Below are positions 12,601-26,161 of a stretch of 64,000 bases of DNA, piece after piece. Position numbers and translations under genes: made by a program. Source of the stretch: Utricularia gibba (taxonomy: Eukaryota; Plantae; Magnoliophyta). Location: NCBI GenBank assembly GCA_002189035.1, contig NEEC01000023.1, forward strand, positions 124,001 to 188,000. Direction: 5' to 3'. Position 1 is the first letter of the stretch; the number at the start of each line of letters is the position of its first letter. Under the pieces are notes generated by a model. That model saw only the letters and a program-made list of their open reading frames with translations, did not search any database and was not told where the DNA came from.

Positions 12601-14266
12601 ATGGCAGCTACAGTTGCCGCGTCTATGGTTCTGTCACCATCTTCTGAATCCTCTGGAAAAGCTGCTGGCAAGATAAACATAAACACTCCCTCAAGTGGTG
12701 ATGTTTGCTTCGCTAGGATGAAATCAAAGTCCCCAACTTCCAGGGGATTGCAGGTTAAAACGAATGCTCAAGCACCATCGAAAATCAACGGGATTAAAGT
12801 TGCAGTTGTGGATGCGCCAAAGAGTGATGATGAGGCACTGTCCTTTCATCCTCCGAGGACATTTATTAACCAGTTGCCGGACTGGAGCATGCTTCTTGCT
12901 GCCATTACAACCATTTTTTTAGCCGCTGAGAAGCAATGGATGATGCTTGACTGGAAACCAAAACGGCCTGATATGCTGGTGGATCCTTTCGGTTTGGGGA
13001 GGATTGTGGAGGATGGCTCTGTGTTTCGCCAGAACTTCAGTATTCGTTCTTATGAAATTGGTGCAGATCGAACTGCATCTATAGAGACACTATTGAATCA
13101 TTTACAAGTATATGCTGACCATAAGAACGTTTATTCATGCCTTTTTATCATCCATGCTTTTCTCTTGCTGAAACTCAGCCACTGTTACTTCATCAGGAGA
13201 CCGCTCTAAACCACGTAAAGAGAGCAGGACTGCTCGCCAACGGCTTTGGTTCTACCCCTGAAATGTGCAAAAGGAATTTGATTTGGGTTGTTTCAAAGAT
13301 GCAGGTTATTGTCGACCATTACCCTCAATGGTAAGTGTGATTCATGAAGTAGATATTGCATTCAAGATGGCATTTTTATCTGATGGTTTTTCGTGTTCTT
13401 CCCTTGAAGGGGTGACATTGTGCAGGTAGATACCTGGGTTGCTGCGGCTGGTAAAAACGGCATGCGGCGAGACTGGCTTGTGCAGGACATAAGTACAGGG
13501 GAGACCTTACTTCGTGCTACAAGGTCTGGAAAACTGTAGCTTTTGAGTAGCTAAAAGTGTCTAACCTTCTTTTCTTGGAACAATACCAGCGTCTGGGTGA
13601 TGATGAACAAAGAATCAAGAAAGCTGTCGAAAATCCCAGATGAGGTTCGTGAAGAAATTCATGGCTATTTTGTGGATTCGCCTCCGATTGTCGAGGATGA
13701 CAACAGGAAACTCGGTAAACTAGATGACTTCAATGCAGATCACATCCGAGATGGTTTAACCGTAAGTTGCAAAGTCTTTTCGTCCTATGGACCCCGTTTT
13801 CTGTACTCACTCTTTCCTTCTCTTGCAGCCTCGATGGAGTGATCTGGATCTCAATCAACATGTGAATAATGTAAAATACATCAGTTGGATTCTTGAGGTA
13901 AACATACATACGCTTTGTACATGCTCTGTTTTGTGTGTTCCTACTGATGAAACCTGCGCAGTTGCTTGGAACTGTTATCAAGCTGCCCCTTTCGGTTCGT
14001 TTCAGAGTGCTCCACCGTCTGTGCTGGAGAACCATGAGCTTGCCGCCTTGACACTGGAGTACAGGCGAGAGTGCATGAGGGACAGCGTTGTTCAGTCCCT
14101 CACCTCCATCATAAACAAGGACGCAGGGGAACTGGAGTGCCAGCACCTCCTCCGTCTTCTGGGCGGCGGAGAAATCGTTAAAGGACGGACGCGGTGGCGC
14201 CGGAAGTCAGGTGGCAAGTTGGCCCTCGAACCACCAACTAATGAGGATGGATCAGCCTCCCCGTGA
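12601..14266 (+). CDS. FATB: Palmitoyl-ACP thioesterase FATB, chloroplast, 6 exons
   Basis: Transit peptide, then RTFINQLPDWSMLLAAITTIFLAAEKQW, FRQNFSIRSYEIGADRTASIE, DLNQHVNNVKY and EYRREC. A 5'UTR intron starts at 12129. Confidence 0.96.
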
Positions 14267-14835
14267 TGCCACCACAAAAACTTGCACCAAGCAGTCAGTC
14301 AATATATATATATGTTGGTCATTCCTGGGAATCAAGACGATGATTACATGTACTTCCAAATCAAATAACCAAATTCAGTTCGCCATCATGCAGCATTTTT
14401 CTCAGGTCAGTCGGCATTTAATGGCTGCAGCTGAAGCCGGTTTTGTGGGTGAGTGAGTGTTGAGTTGAGTAGGCAGGCAGCGTTCAACAGCTATTTGCAT
14501 TGGGACAATATTCTCCTGTAGGCTCATTATTCACTAGCTGGCATGCACAGTGCTTTATATAAAGCAAAAGATGACAAAAAAAAAAAAAAACTAATCATTT
14601 AGAACAGCCCCTGTCTCATTGTTTCTCATTCATGTGTATTTGTAACTAATTTAAGTGCCTACCGTCTTTGACAGCTTCCCGGGAAACTTGATCTTCAGGC
14701 TGAAGAGAGAATGCAGAGTGGCGTGAACTTGCACCTGTTCACTGTTGACCGGAACAGAAAAAATGGCCAGCCACTATTTTATGAGTCATCCGCCGCTGTG
14801 TTTTACAAGTATGCAACTTTCCCGTCTCAGCATTA

Positions 14836-17768
14836 TCATACCGCTCGCTTCCTCTTCGACCGTTTGCTTTTTCGTGGCTCTGCGGGCACTGGTTTCATGC
14901 CATTTGAAGCATATGCCTCCAGAACTTCCTTTTCCTGATGAAGCAGAGACACACAGACAGCACTTGAGCACTGGTTACATAGGAGATGAATAAATAATCG
15001 CAGATGTCTGCTTTTTTAACCTTTGTGTCGGGGTCGGATTTGGTTTCAGTTTTGATTTCTGTAGTAGACTCGGAAGCCGGGGCAGCAGATGCTTCAACAT
15101 CAACTACAGCAATTGCAGCAGCTCTATTCTTCTTCTTCTTCTCTTCTTCTTTTAGTTTGTTGAATCTTTTCAAAAGATCAGTTATAGTCAGTCACTGATG
15201 GCTAACCTTCAACATGGTGAAGAGGTAGAACTGATGTTTACCTGTCACCATTCCTTTCAGATGGAGTGAGTCCTGATCGTTTAGCTTGCCCGGCAGTGAT
15301 GATCCCACGAGCGTTTTCGTTCACAACAGGCTTCGCCCCTCCCAGTTTACGTAGCCACACCTGCTGTGCCGTGCTGAGGACATTGTTTGTGAACCTACGT
15401 TTTGGATAGCTTCAGGAATCAAATACTGTGATGCAGCATCATATTTTTTTTAAACAAAGACTTTTGAGTTGAAGCAGAAGCAGGGAACTGAAGCCAACTT
15501 TACTCCTAAATAGACATTAACATAACTCAGTGAGTAAAGACATTACCAGTATATGGATAGTCCAGATGGAACGGACAGGGAGAAGTAGCCAATCATGAGG
15601 GGTAGAAACTTGAGAATAAGAAGTGTGTTTTTTTGAGAAGGATCTTCTGTCTGTTGAGATACATGGAATGAATCAATACAGCTGCGGGGGCATAAGAAAC
15701 TGGAAAAATGAAAACAAAACACAGACCCCCCTCAAATGAAAACCTTACTTGTGGGGGCTTCATTATTTCCATCGAGACATACTGTGACACAACAAGCAGA
15801 ACAGGTAACACAAGGTATGCTGCAGTGTCATTCCAACCAAGTGGAGGATGTCCATCCTGAAAATGCATAAAACATTCTCTATGAAGTCACTGAACTTGGT
15901 AACAGGTCCTATAAATGGATGCCTATTATGAAGGCTCTCCATTGGAAAAACAGATGCATAAAATATTCTCTGCAAAAACAAGAACTGTTTGTTGTAGACA
16001 TTGTTATTGATTTTTGCCCTTTGCATTTATAAATGTCAGCAGGAAAAATAACAATCAGCTGCTGCTTAAAATCACGCAGTTATCTTACCACAAAAGGTAA
16101 CAGCCATGAAATACCAGCTCCGCTCTGCCGAGCAGCTATTGTTGTTGGTCCTCCCAAGGAGGGAATCCAAAAGAATCCTTCTGTTAGAAGACCCTGTTGT
16201 CATGCGAAAACCTTCAGCAAACAACTCCCAAGTCTGTAGTTCTTCTAAGGAGACTAATACAATATATCATTTTTCTGAAGGTACCTCATTTGCTACATTT
16301 GAGAGAGCCTGGTATAAGCCTATCCAAACAGGAATAGTAGCCAACGTAGGGAGGCATCCTGTGACCACAAGAAAACAGCTTGGCATCAAATTTCATTTAT
16401 GTCAAGGGTGTAATCAAAACTGCATATTACAAGCAGGAAGACGTTTCTCACACCGAAAGTCAGGAACTATGTAGGAAATAATGACGCTCTTGAAAAAAAA
16501 AAAAAAAAACAAGCAAGACAGAGTGGTTATTTAAAAATAACTTCTCTTCTGCATAAGAGAATAATAACTGCATTCGACACTAGAGCAAATAGCAGTTCGA
16601 GAAACCATCAATCAGAAGATGATCATAAGGAGTTTATTTTTTCTGCGGGAAAACTTGGCATCATGGCATTACCTGCAAGAGGATTAACCCCTGCCTGGGT
16701 GTATAAACGAGAAGTTTCAAGCTGTATTCTTTCCTGGAGCATAACACAGACCTCAGTTGCAACATTCAGTCTTTTCCATTTGAGAAATTAAGTTAATTAC
16801 ATGTGGATAAAAAAGCTCCTACAAAATCGCTTAAAGAAGGGTCAACGGCAGATGCTCTATTATAATGACGCATATTAAAATACCAAAAAACATGCTCACT
16901 TGATTTCCAGCATATCTTTGCTGAATGGCTTTGATTTTTGGTTGAAGATTCTGCATAGCCAGCGTCGATTCAACCTGAAACAAAATGCTAATGAAGATTC
17001 AGTTACCACCAATTAGGCCGGCTCCAAATATACAGATAGACTATGCTACCTACCGCAAAAAACCACAAGACAAAATCAAGGTATTATCACGTAGTAACCA
17101 AGAGAGAAATCGATTTACCTGCTGCTTAGTCAAGGGAAGCGTTGCGACTTTCACAAGAACAGTGAGTAGTATAATTGCAAATCCATAAGCATATGGCACA
17201 TGAACAGTAGCCAAGATATCCTTTAGCACCTATCACGCAAGACAGCATGCAGCTATCACCTTCCCGAAACCACATAAAAAGATTTGAACAGAAAATAAAA
17301 AAGTTCAGTGATAAAACTCATAAAACGAAATCATGATCATCACACTGACAGTGAATCTCATTTCTCCAAGTGTTCCGAATTAAAAATAACAATCTTGAAA
17401 GTAAATAAATGAATCTTGGCCCTTCCCATGAAAGAAAACCCACAATTTTCAACTCCTACCTTCAAAACAACTTCCATGGAATCGGAAATGAACCCAAACC
17501 AACCCCCATTTTTTTGGTTAGCAACAGAATCGGCAACAGCTGCACCACCAGCATCCCCCGCCGCGACACTGGCATCGGATAAAACGTAGAGCAAGCTCTC
17601 AGCTCTTTCCACAATCCCATTAAAATCGACTGAATGAGCAATATGCTGATGGAGGCTGAAATTCACTTGGCTGCTGATACGTCTTCCCCTGTGAAGATAT
17701 CCATGCCGAGGGAGAGAAGGAAGAGGACTCCTGAGAACTAAAGGAGAAAAAATCAGGGTCCTTGCCAT
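14836..17768 (-). CDS. ALB3: Thylakoid membrane insertase ALBINO3 (YidC/Oxa1 family)
   Basis: RAESLLY..SDA...QKNGGWFGFISDSME, FFWIPSLGGPTTIAARQSG, and C-terminal cpSRP43-binding motifs RFNKLKEEE and SKRSKRKRAV*. Confidence 0.95.
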
Positions 17769-18148
17769 GGATCCTGCAGAAGGCCACCAGCAAATTCACC
17801 AGTTGCTGGATGGAAGATGCTGCTGCAAAGAAGATAGGAGCAGAATATCCCAGCGCGTTATCCGTATTTCATTTTCTTCAAAAAAAAAAAAAAAAAAAAC
17901 TCTGGTATTATTTAATATTAGTTGAATTGATGGTTATTTTTGCCAAAAAAATCTAATTTTTAATAAAGTCTTTTAATTTTCCTATAAATTACTGTGTTTT
18001 TTTTTAAAAAAAAAATGCATAACTGATGTTCACTTACCGATATATGTTCTGAAATTCGATTTCTATTATTATTTAAAAATTATTTTTTAGGAAATTATTA
18101 AATGTAAATAATATGATGTTTTTTTATTTGATGACAATTACAGTCACC

Positions 18149-20090
18149 TTATGCTCCCTCGCTTCTTTCTTCCTGTGCGTGAGTGCTTGGGCTGATGAAG
18201 AAATCGCGGGGCACCCCATGAAGATCTGAGCCGTAAACATGCCCCATTTTGACTCGCTTCGTCTCAAGGTACCGCTTGTTCTCCTCCGTTATCGGCGTTA
18301 GCAACGGAATCCGACCAATGACGGCCAGTCCGTACCCTTTTATGCCAGCAAATTTTGCCGGATTGTTCGTCATCAGCCTCATCGTATGAACTCCAATATC
18401 GTGCAGCATCTGGATCCAAAAGTAAGTGGGAATGAAGAAGTATAACTTTAAGACAAGAATGCATCATTTCATGTTGTTGTTTTGTTACCTGTGCTCCAAT
18501 CCCGTACTCCCGTGAATCAGCAGAGAGGCCAAGCTTAAGATTTGCTTCTACCGTGTCATGGCCTTGATCCTGCAAGTTGTATGCCCGGAGCTTCTGTCCG
18601 AGGCCGATTCCACGGCCTTCTTGTCCCCGGAGGTAAACCAATACACCTCTGCCAGCTTCCTGGATCAGCTGCATTGCTAAATCCAACTGGTTTCCGCAAT
18701 CGCATCGCTTTGATCCGAAAATGTCGCCGGTTAGGCACTCAGAGTGAATCCTCACTAGAACATCTTGTCCACTACCAATATTTCCCTGCTACCACAAGCT
18801 AGCTTATAAGAGTTAAAGTTGACGCCAAGGGAATGAAATGTGCATCTGCCCCTCATAGTTCCTACTTACTACCTTAACCATGGCAATGTGTTGGATCCCA
18901 TCAATCCTGGAACGGTAAGAATGCACTTCGAATAACCCCCATCTCGTGGGAAGATGAGATACCCCCATTCTTTCTATAACCTTCTCCCTTTTTCTCCTGT
19001 ATCTGAATGCACAACATGTAGTCATTGACAGGTCTTTTCACATGGCATTGAGGTAAGGCTGAGCTGAACATATTACCTTATGAGATCAGTGATGGAAACA
19101 ATTGGGATTTGATGATCAGACGCCATCTTCATAAGAGTGGGCATGGTGGCTATGGAGCCGTCTCCAGGCTCGATCAAAGATGCAAAAACCGACACAGGGT
19201 GTAAACCAGCCAAAGCAACCAAGTCAACAGACGCCTCAGTGTGCCCAATTCTCCTTAACACCCCTCCATCTCTGTACCTCAAGGGGAAAACATGGCCGGG
19301 CGTTCTGAGATCCTCAGCAGTAGAAGCCGGAGATGAGAGGACGAGGACCGTCTGCGCTCTGTCTGAAGCAGATGCACCGGTGGATGTGGCAGATTTAGCA
19401 TCCTGCAAAATGTGACATAATAAACGAAACATCAAGAGTTAAGAACTAATTAGCAAGAAGAAAAAAGAAAAGCATACCACTGTGACTGTAAATGATGGAG
19501 AAGTGATATCTTCTTCATTTTCAGCTAACATCAATGGCAGCTTCAATCTTTCAAGATCCTCCTCCTTCATTCCCACTGAAATGATCCCTGACCCATTTTT
19601 AACCATAAACGCTATTGATTTCGCGGTCACTTGCGATGCAGCCATCACCAAATTCCCTTCCACATGGCCCCTTCCATCCACATCTACGACGATCACAAAC
19701 TTAAAATGGCATTGGAATCACACTATGAGATGAAGTTTCAAGAGTCACAACACAAAAACTCAAGGGTAACAAACACATTCAACCCAAACCAACCTTGTTC
19801 TGGTGCAATGCCTCAAGTGCTTCCCCAATGGAGCAGTACCCAGGCGATGGCTTGTCCGGATCACCATCGGCGTCACTAACGAAGAAATCAGCAGCCTCAT
19901 CAACAAAGGTTTCAGCTTCGGATTCGGAATGCGAGGAGCGACACAAGGAGCCATTCAAGCTTGCCCTTGAAGCACAATAAGAACCAACCCAAGTTCTGTG
20001 AACCGCGATCGGGGACCTGCATGGGGGCTTGGGGAAGAAGTTGGTACAGTTGATTGGCCTTAAAACCTGCTGAAACACAACAGAATCCAT
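18149..20090 (-). CDS. RIBA3: RibA-family riboflavin biosynthesis protein, RIBA3 type (GTP cyclohydrolase II intact, DHBP synthase degenerate)
   Basis: [13 protein letters not shown]-terminus; [14 protein letters not shown] replaces VVDDEDRENEGDL; [29 protein letters not shown] and MTNNPAK are present. Confidence 0.92.
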
Positions 20091-20827
20091 AGCTGCGAAA
20101 ACTTTTCGGATTGGGTTTGATTTCCGTTCGTTCTTATCAAGACAATAAAAGAAGGCCAACAGCCAACGTCCTTATCCATCAGAATGCTTCCCCTGCACCA
20201 CATACACATTAGCTTGAAGTAGAAAATTGGATTACGAAATTCTTCAGCACTTGAATGCACAAACACGCTCGTCCCCTTCACCACATGGAGAACCAAGCCT
20301 TCGTCCTCCTCTGGATCCATCATCTCCGGATTGGGGAGCATGAACCCCTGCTCCACCTAGAAGACACCCATGGTAAAAGTAAAAAAAATAAAAAAAATGA
20401 AAAATGAAAAATAAAGAACGGCGTCGTTTTGCGTTTATAATATTACTATTTTTCATAACTTATATCAAATATAACCTATTTTTCATATTTACTACGCATC
20501 TATTTTAATATTCATTTTTATTATATAAAATATGATTTTAATGATTTTATTGAGGTCCTGGAGCCAATTCTGATATCTGATCCGACAGGATCCTTGCCTC
20601 TTGTTCCTCCCGGGTACCAACCAAGTCGGGGCGGACTACGTTTAAGAGTAATCGAATAACATTAAAGGCGATCTTGAGGCCAGACGCTTTTCAGTTTGCA
20701 GTAGGTCTTTAGAGAGTGGACAGGAAGAGGCATGCCAGTTCCTGAATCTCCGACGCTGTTGAATGAAACAAGAATTACTCAAGTAGACGAAGAAGGAAGG
20801 TGAGCAGAAGATTTCTGGGGCCACACA

Positions 20828-23800
20828 TCAGGCTCTTCCGTTGGGAGCTGCTGTTCCATCGCCATCGTTTCCCAGTTCGATGGCAGAAGAATCGACGAGG
20901 GCCTGCATAATACATGAATCATGGTTTGAGTGAACTGTGTGACAAGGTTCAAAACCGAGTTGGGTTTCAGACTACGAAATGTTCTTTTGCTTTTAAGTCA
21001 GACTACGAAAAGCAGGTAAAACACAAGTTGGGTTTCACCTACTTCAGGCCTGACCTCACAGCAGAAGCTGGAGATATTGCATATACAGGCTAAATGCACT
21101 TAATTATTTATGAATACGCCCTGGTCAAACTCCTGAATGATACTTACTACGGGAACAATGGGAAGAAACAGAGCAGTTACGGGGTTTTGTTCAGCGGAAT
21201 TTCAAAGTCGGAGCAAAATGCGGTGACAAAACCAGATTCATAATCTTCAAGGCAGAAATAGCAGAATGCCAGAGTATTTTGAAAAGGTGTACCTGCAGCT
21301 CTAGCTCTGAATTTTTGAATATTGCTTCACAGTCTCTCATTTGTTCATAACACTTATACAGCTGCGACGGATGCTCATAATAATTAAAAAATACACTAAC
21401 TGGATCAACAAAGACACACAAACTGCGTCTTTACCTTGGCTAATTGATAGCGCCGATGTTGGCTAATCTTTTTTGCAGCCACCAGAGAATCCTCCAATTT
21501 CTGAAAGAAAAACATTATCCTCGTAAGATAAAAAAAAATATAACAGCTGAGAAATAGAAGAAAATATTCAGTACATGATGTCTGCAACTAATAATTTGCT
21601 ATTTTACCTGGTATTTGTCTTTTAACCTGGAGACTGTGTCTAGTTTCTTGGAAACCATTTCATCAATATGGGATACCTAATGGACAGGAATTTAATTTTA
21701 AAATGTCAGATGAACCAAAAAAATATATATCAACGCAAGCGTGTAATAAAGTTGGAAACGAAAAATCCCTGATTAGCTTCACACATAGGCTTATAGTAAT
21801 CATAGACTCCAAGTTGCTGGATTCCACAAAAACACTTGAGCAGCCACCAAATATCAATTGGCTAACTGCCCATCATACTGGAAAACAGATGCACACAGTA
21901 CACATCAAGTGTTAAAGGGGAATTGCCATATCAAAATATTTGCAACTGTTGGTTATGAATGACTGAAGAACTCTTGCGGTTGTGATTGTGACCCAAATCT
22001 AGTGAAGTTTGCTACAGATTACAGATGGATGACTAAAATTTCAAGTTTAGTCATTGACGGCCATGCTCAGACTAAAGACAGACAAACTTAGTCCCCTATG
22101 AATCTTATTAACACCAAGAGCATATATCCAAGAAAAACTATCACAAGATATTTGGAATCAAACCCTGAAATCAGAAACATGATTCACATAATCAGTTAGA
22201 ATGATAATCTACCTCCTTACGTAGTTCTTCAAGCTTTTGATTCGAAGCAGATAGATGGCCTTCACCCTGATGATACAAAAAATAAAACATCTATCAGCAC
22301 TTCAGTTCTCAGCTAAACCCTGTACGTGTATGTGCCCACAAAAGATCAAGAGTTCAACTTGATGCTGATTGTCATGCAATGAGTCCAATGATAGCTCTGT
22401 ACTCCCATGATCATCAAATCTTGACCTGTTCACATACCTAAAATCAATAACCACTACAGAACCCATAAAGACTACAACACATAAAATGTGCTGCATTTAA
22501 AAATTGCTTAGAGAAAAAAGATCCAAGTTCAGTAATTCGAACAGATTCTGATATATACATTTATGTGTGCTTTTTGACAACCGTTCATTTTCATTATTTT
22601 CTGAAACGATGAAGCCTTGAATTATACCTCTTCAGTGGCACACGTGGTTGACGCAAATCTTCATCAGCAATTTGATGACTAGTCTGTTGCTCCACCTCCC
22701 TTTCCCATCCACGCTCTCGCTTCCTACCATGCTCTAACTCCACATCATCCTCCATTCTGCCATAATCATCAAATCTCTCCTCTTCCAAATATTGATCTCG
22801 TTGACTATCATGACCCCTCTCTCGGTTCCGGTCATCAACTCGAACCCTCCCACGATGCCCCATGTTACGATTTCGCCTATCATAAGCATCATCTCTGCCC
22901 CGTTCTCTATCCATTTCTGGGCCCCTATCAAAATCACGTAGAGAACCTTCATAGTCATAGTTTGGCCTCCCACCCCTAGTCCTTACTTCATTCACTTTAA
23001 CAGGACGCCCATCAATAGTCTGAGACAATGAGCAAAGTCAGTAGGAGTCGTGTACATCTTCATGTGAATACAATCATAAAACAAAGATGAGGGACAGAGA
23101 GATGGAGAAACAACCTTCCCATCCATTTCCTGGATGGCTTGAAGGGCTGATCTCGGATTTGCAAAGGTAACAAAACCGTAACACTTTCCACCAACAGTGC
23201 GGTCATTGATAATCTATGCGTCAAACAATGAAATTTGGTCATTTTTTGATATCTCAAAAACTTAAAAATAGATCTCATCTTGTAAAGAATATGATAAAAA
23301 GCATAATCCGAGAGCCAGCACACAGAAAGAAAGTAGCACAGAGGATTCTGGTAACTACTGCATATTAACCCACAAACAGACAAACTAAAATCTGCCAATC
23401 AAACCCCAAGTTATGAAGGAAAACTTTAATTCTCTCCAAGTCTCTGGACACCAGGTCATCATTCTAAGTTTTGCAAGTGAAAGAGCAAACTCCATTTCAA
23501 CTACATTATTGATAGATAGCCTACCAAACAGTGACAACACATCAACCACATGCCGTAAACTCAAAACGAAGCAAGAAATGGGGCAAAAACACCAGGGAAG
23601 AAATTTAAATACAAGGATTAATGAAAAGAAAAGGAGTAGGGTTTAGTAACATGGCGCAATGAAAAAAAATTCCAAAAATGCATCAACTCAAGAAAACTAC
23701 TGCGCCCAGAAATTTGACGAATTCATTTGATACGGGAAAAACAGCAGCAGACGGTGAGGACGGAACCTTGACGGCGAGAACGGCGCCATAGAAACCAAAA

Positions 23801-23877
23801 ACTCTCCGAAGGTTATCCTCCGTAACATCGTAAGGCAGGCCGCCGACGTATATAGAGCTGTTGTCGTCGAGTGTCAT
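20828..23877 (-). CDS. RRM-domain RNA-binding protein with RD/RE-rich middle and coiled-coil tail (At5g19960-like)
   Basis: MTLDDNSSIYVGGLPYD (RNP2), KCYGFVTF (RNP1), MDGKTIDGRPVKVNEV; spliced to a last exon ALVDSSAIELG...NGRA*. Confidence 0.85.
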
Positions 23878-24299
23878 CCCTGTAACCGGAAACGAATCCC
23901 CTCCCCTGACCCGTGCCCGTGGTATCTTCCGATTCGCGCCAGGGCGAGACTGTTAATCAATTTTCTGACTTTCGACACAGTGTACAGTAATTTAATTTGT
24001 TTAATCATAACTAAACGATAACTACCCTTTAATCAATTAATATTTATTAAAAAAAACTAAAATAAAATTTATTTTTTTATAATAAAAATTTCAATTAAAT
24101 GAAACTATATATAAAATTCATCTCCTTATCTAACCATAAATAATTTAAATATGTAATTAACTAAACTACTACTCCAAACACCCACGCTATTTATTAGAGA
24201 AAAATAACGTTAAAAATGGCAAATAGCTTTGGAAACACTTGTTTGGATTCGGAAGTGTTCAGTCTCCACAAACCCCTTTTCATCAAATGGCGTTCAGCA

Positions 24300-25724
24300 T
24301 CAGAGGAGTCTGAAATGGCACCTGTGGAAGTAACAGAACATCAAAATCCAACAATTTCAGAGCAGAGCAGTAAATTCCATGGGATATAACAAGAACAATA
24401 TAAGCACACATCCACTGCATTCTGCGATACAATCTCAGACACTACCCGAGTAGATAGCTTCGCATAAACATGAATAAAGTTTCAGAAAAAAAATGGTATC
24501 AGATAGCTGGCATGCAATCACAGAGATCATCTTCAAAGTTTTAGTGTCAAACAATACAGCTTTTTCCAACACTTCTAAATGCTGATTAAGCAATAACATG
24601 TATTGCTGGGATTTGCTAGTCAGGCATATACGTTTTTGCTACCCACACCAAACTCCAACCTATTTTCTATCAATAGTAGAACACGCATGCAGTTTCAAAA
24701 TGAGACAAAAAACAAAACTGGGAATGCAAAAATGGCATACCCGAGCAACCCACGGCCTGCCCATGTTCTAGGAGTTACAGCAACAGTAACTGGAGCACCT
24801 TGCCTAATTAGCACCACAGGCACTGGTTGACCTTGTTTATTCTGCGCTTCACTAACAAGCCTTGGGAGGAGATCTTCGCCCGCATCCACATCTCCGAACT
24901 TGACAATCTGATCCCCAAGCTGCAAACCATCTTCTGCTGCAGGAGACAATTCGGTGATTTCATCAATCAACGCGAAGGGCCTACCAACAACAACGTCCAC
25001 CTCCATTCTAGTGGAACCTCTCAGGGGAATGCCAAGAGAGGAAGATAATAAACCGTGCCCTGCAACATTATGCAAATAGGTTAGCCGACTAACGAGTGAC
25101 CATGCATTTTTCGAATATCGATCTCACCCATGTGGTTAACCCAGTTGTCTCACTAACCTGAATTATTAACACCTGCAGCTGGTCCTTCATGCTTCAGCGA
25201 ATGCAGAATTTGAATATTCTGGTTTATCTTCTCAGTTATATCCTTGTGATCATTACGTAGCTCTGGGATATAATACAACACAAACGATATAGTTTCATAC
25301 TGTTTTCCCAGATTCATACTAAACATAGGTATGACAAGACTCCTCCAGAGTTAAATAATCTGTTGAAAATAGAACTAGCGCAAATAAAAATCTAAAACAT
25401 GAAAGGCAGAGTCAATGATGAATTAAATTCCATACCAGCAAGCTTACGGCGATTTGCTCTGACTGCAGGGATATCAATCTCAGGCAACGGAAATCCCTGC
25501 AAGAAGGTATCCGTTGCGCAAAAATCAGAAAAAAGAAAAGACGGCAAAAGTTGCACAAAATAGGGATCGAAGCGAAGAATGACCTCAGAATCGAGGAGGT
25601 TACCGGAGAGACCAGGGCCGCCGGGCTGACAAAGGCTGCTTATTACCGCGTTCATCTCTTCCTCCATTAAATTACGCTTCTCCATCAGCTCCATGGTCTG
25701 CGCTTTCAAATTGGTGGCAACCAT
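24300..25724 (-). CDS. PSMD9: 26S proteasome base assembly chaperone PSMD9/Nas2/p27 (PDZ domain)
   Basis: MVATNLKAQTMELMEKR...GPGLSGNLLDSEGFP; PDZ region PFALIDEI...SPAAEDGLQLGDQIVKFG; C-terminus WAGRGLLGCHFRLL*. Confidence 0.93.
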
Positions 25725-26161
25725 GACTTGCGAATCCGGGGACGAAATGGCGGCGGACTTCCAGAGAGGAAGAAGGTAGCAAACTATCTTCTAAAACTTA
25801 TTTTGTAAAACTCAAAGGAAGAGAGCTAGTCTGCCATTTTTATAAAACTTCTTTGCTTTTTTCTTGTTTTTCACGAAAACTAAATCATTCTCAATTATTC
25901 CACATAAATTATTTTTTTGCAATTACTCAGCATTTTCAAGTAATTAAAATATTTCTCATTTCTTAGATTTTCATATAACTTAAATATAAAATTTGCTATG
26001 AATATAAAAATACATTGATGTTAAAAAAAAAAACAAAAATTGTTATAATTACACATCCACAGTCAGTTCACTGTTCATCTCTCAGAACCACTAGATGAGA
26101 CCTTTCAGACCAACATTCTACTAAAATTCCAGAAAGAAAGGAAAAAACTAACTGCACAAAC

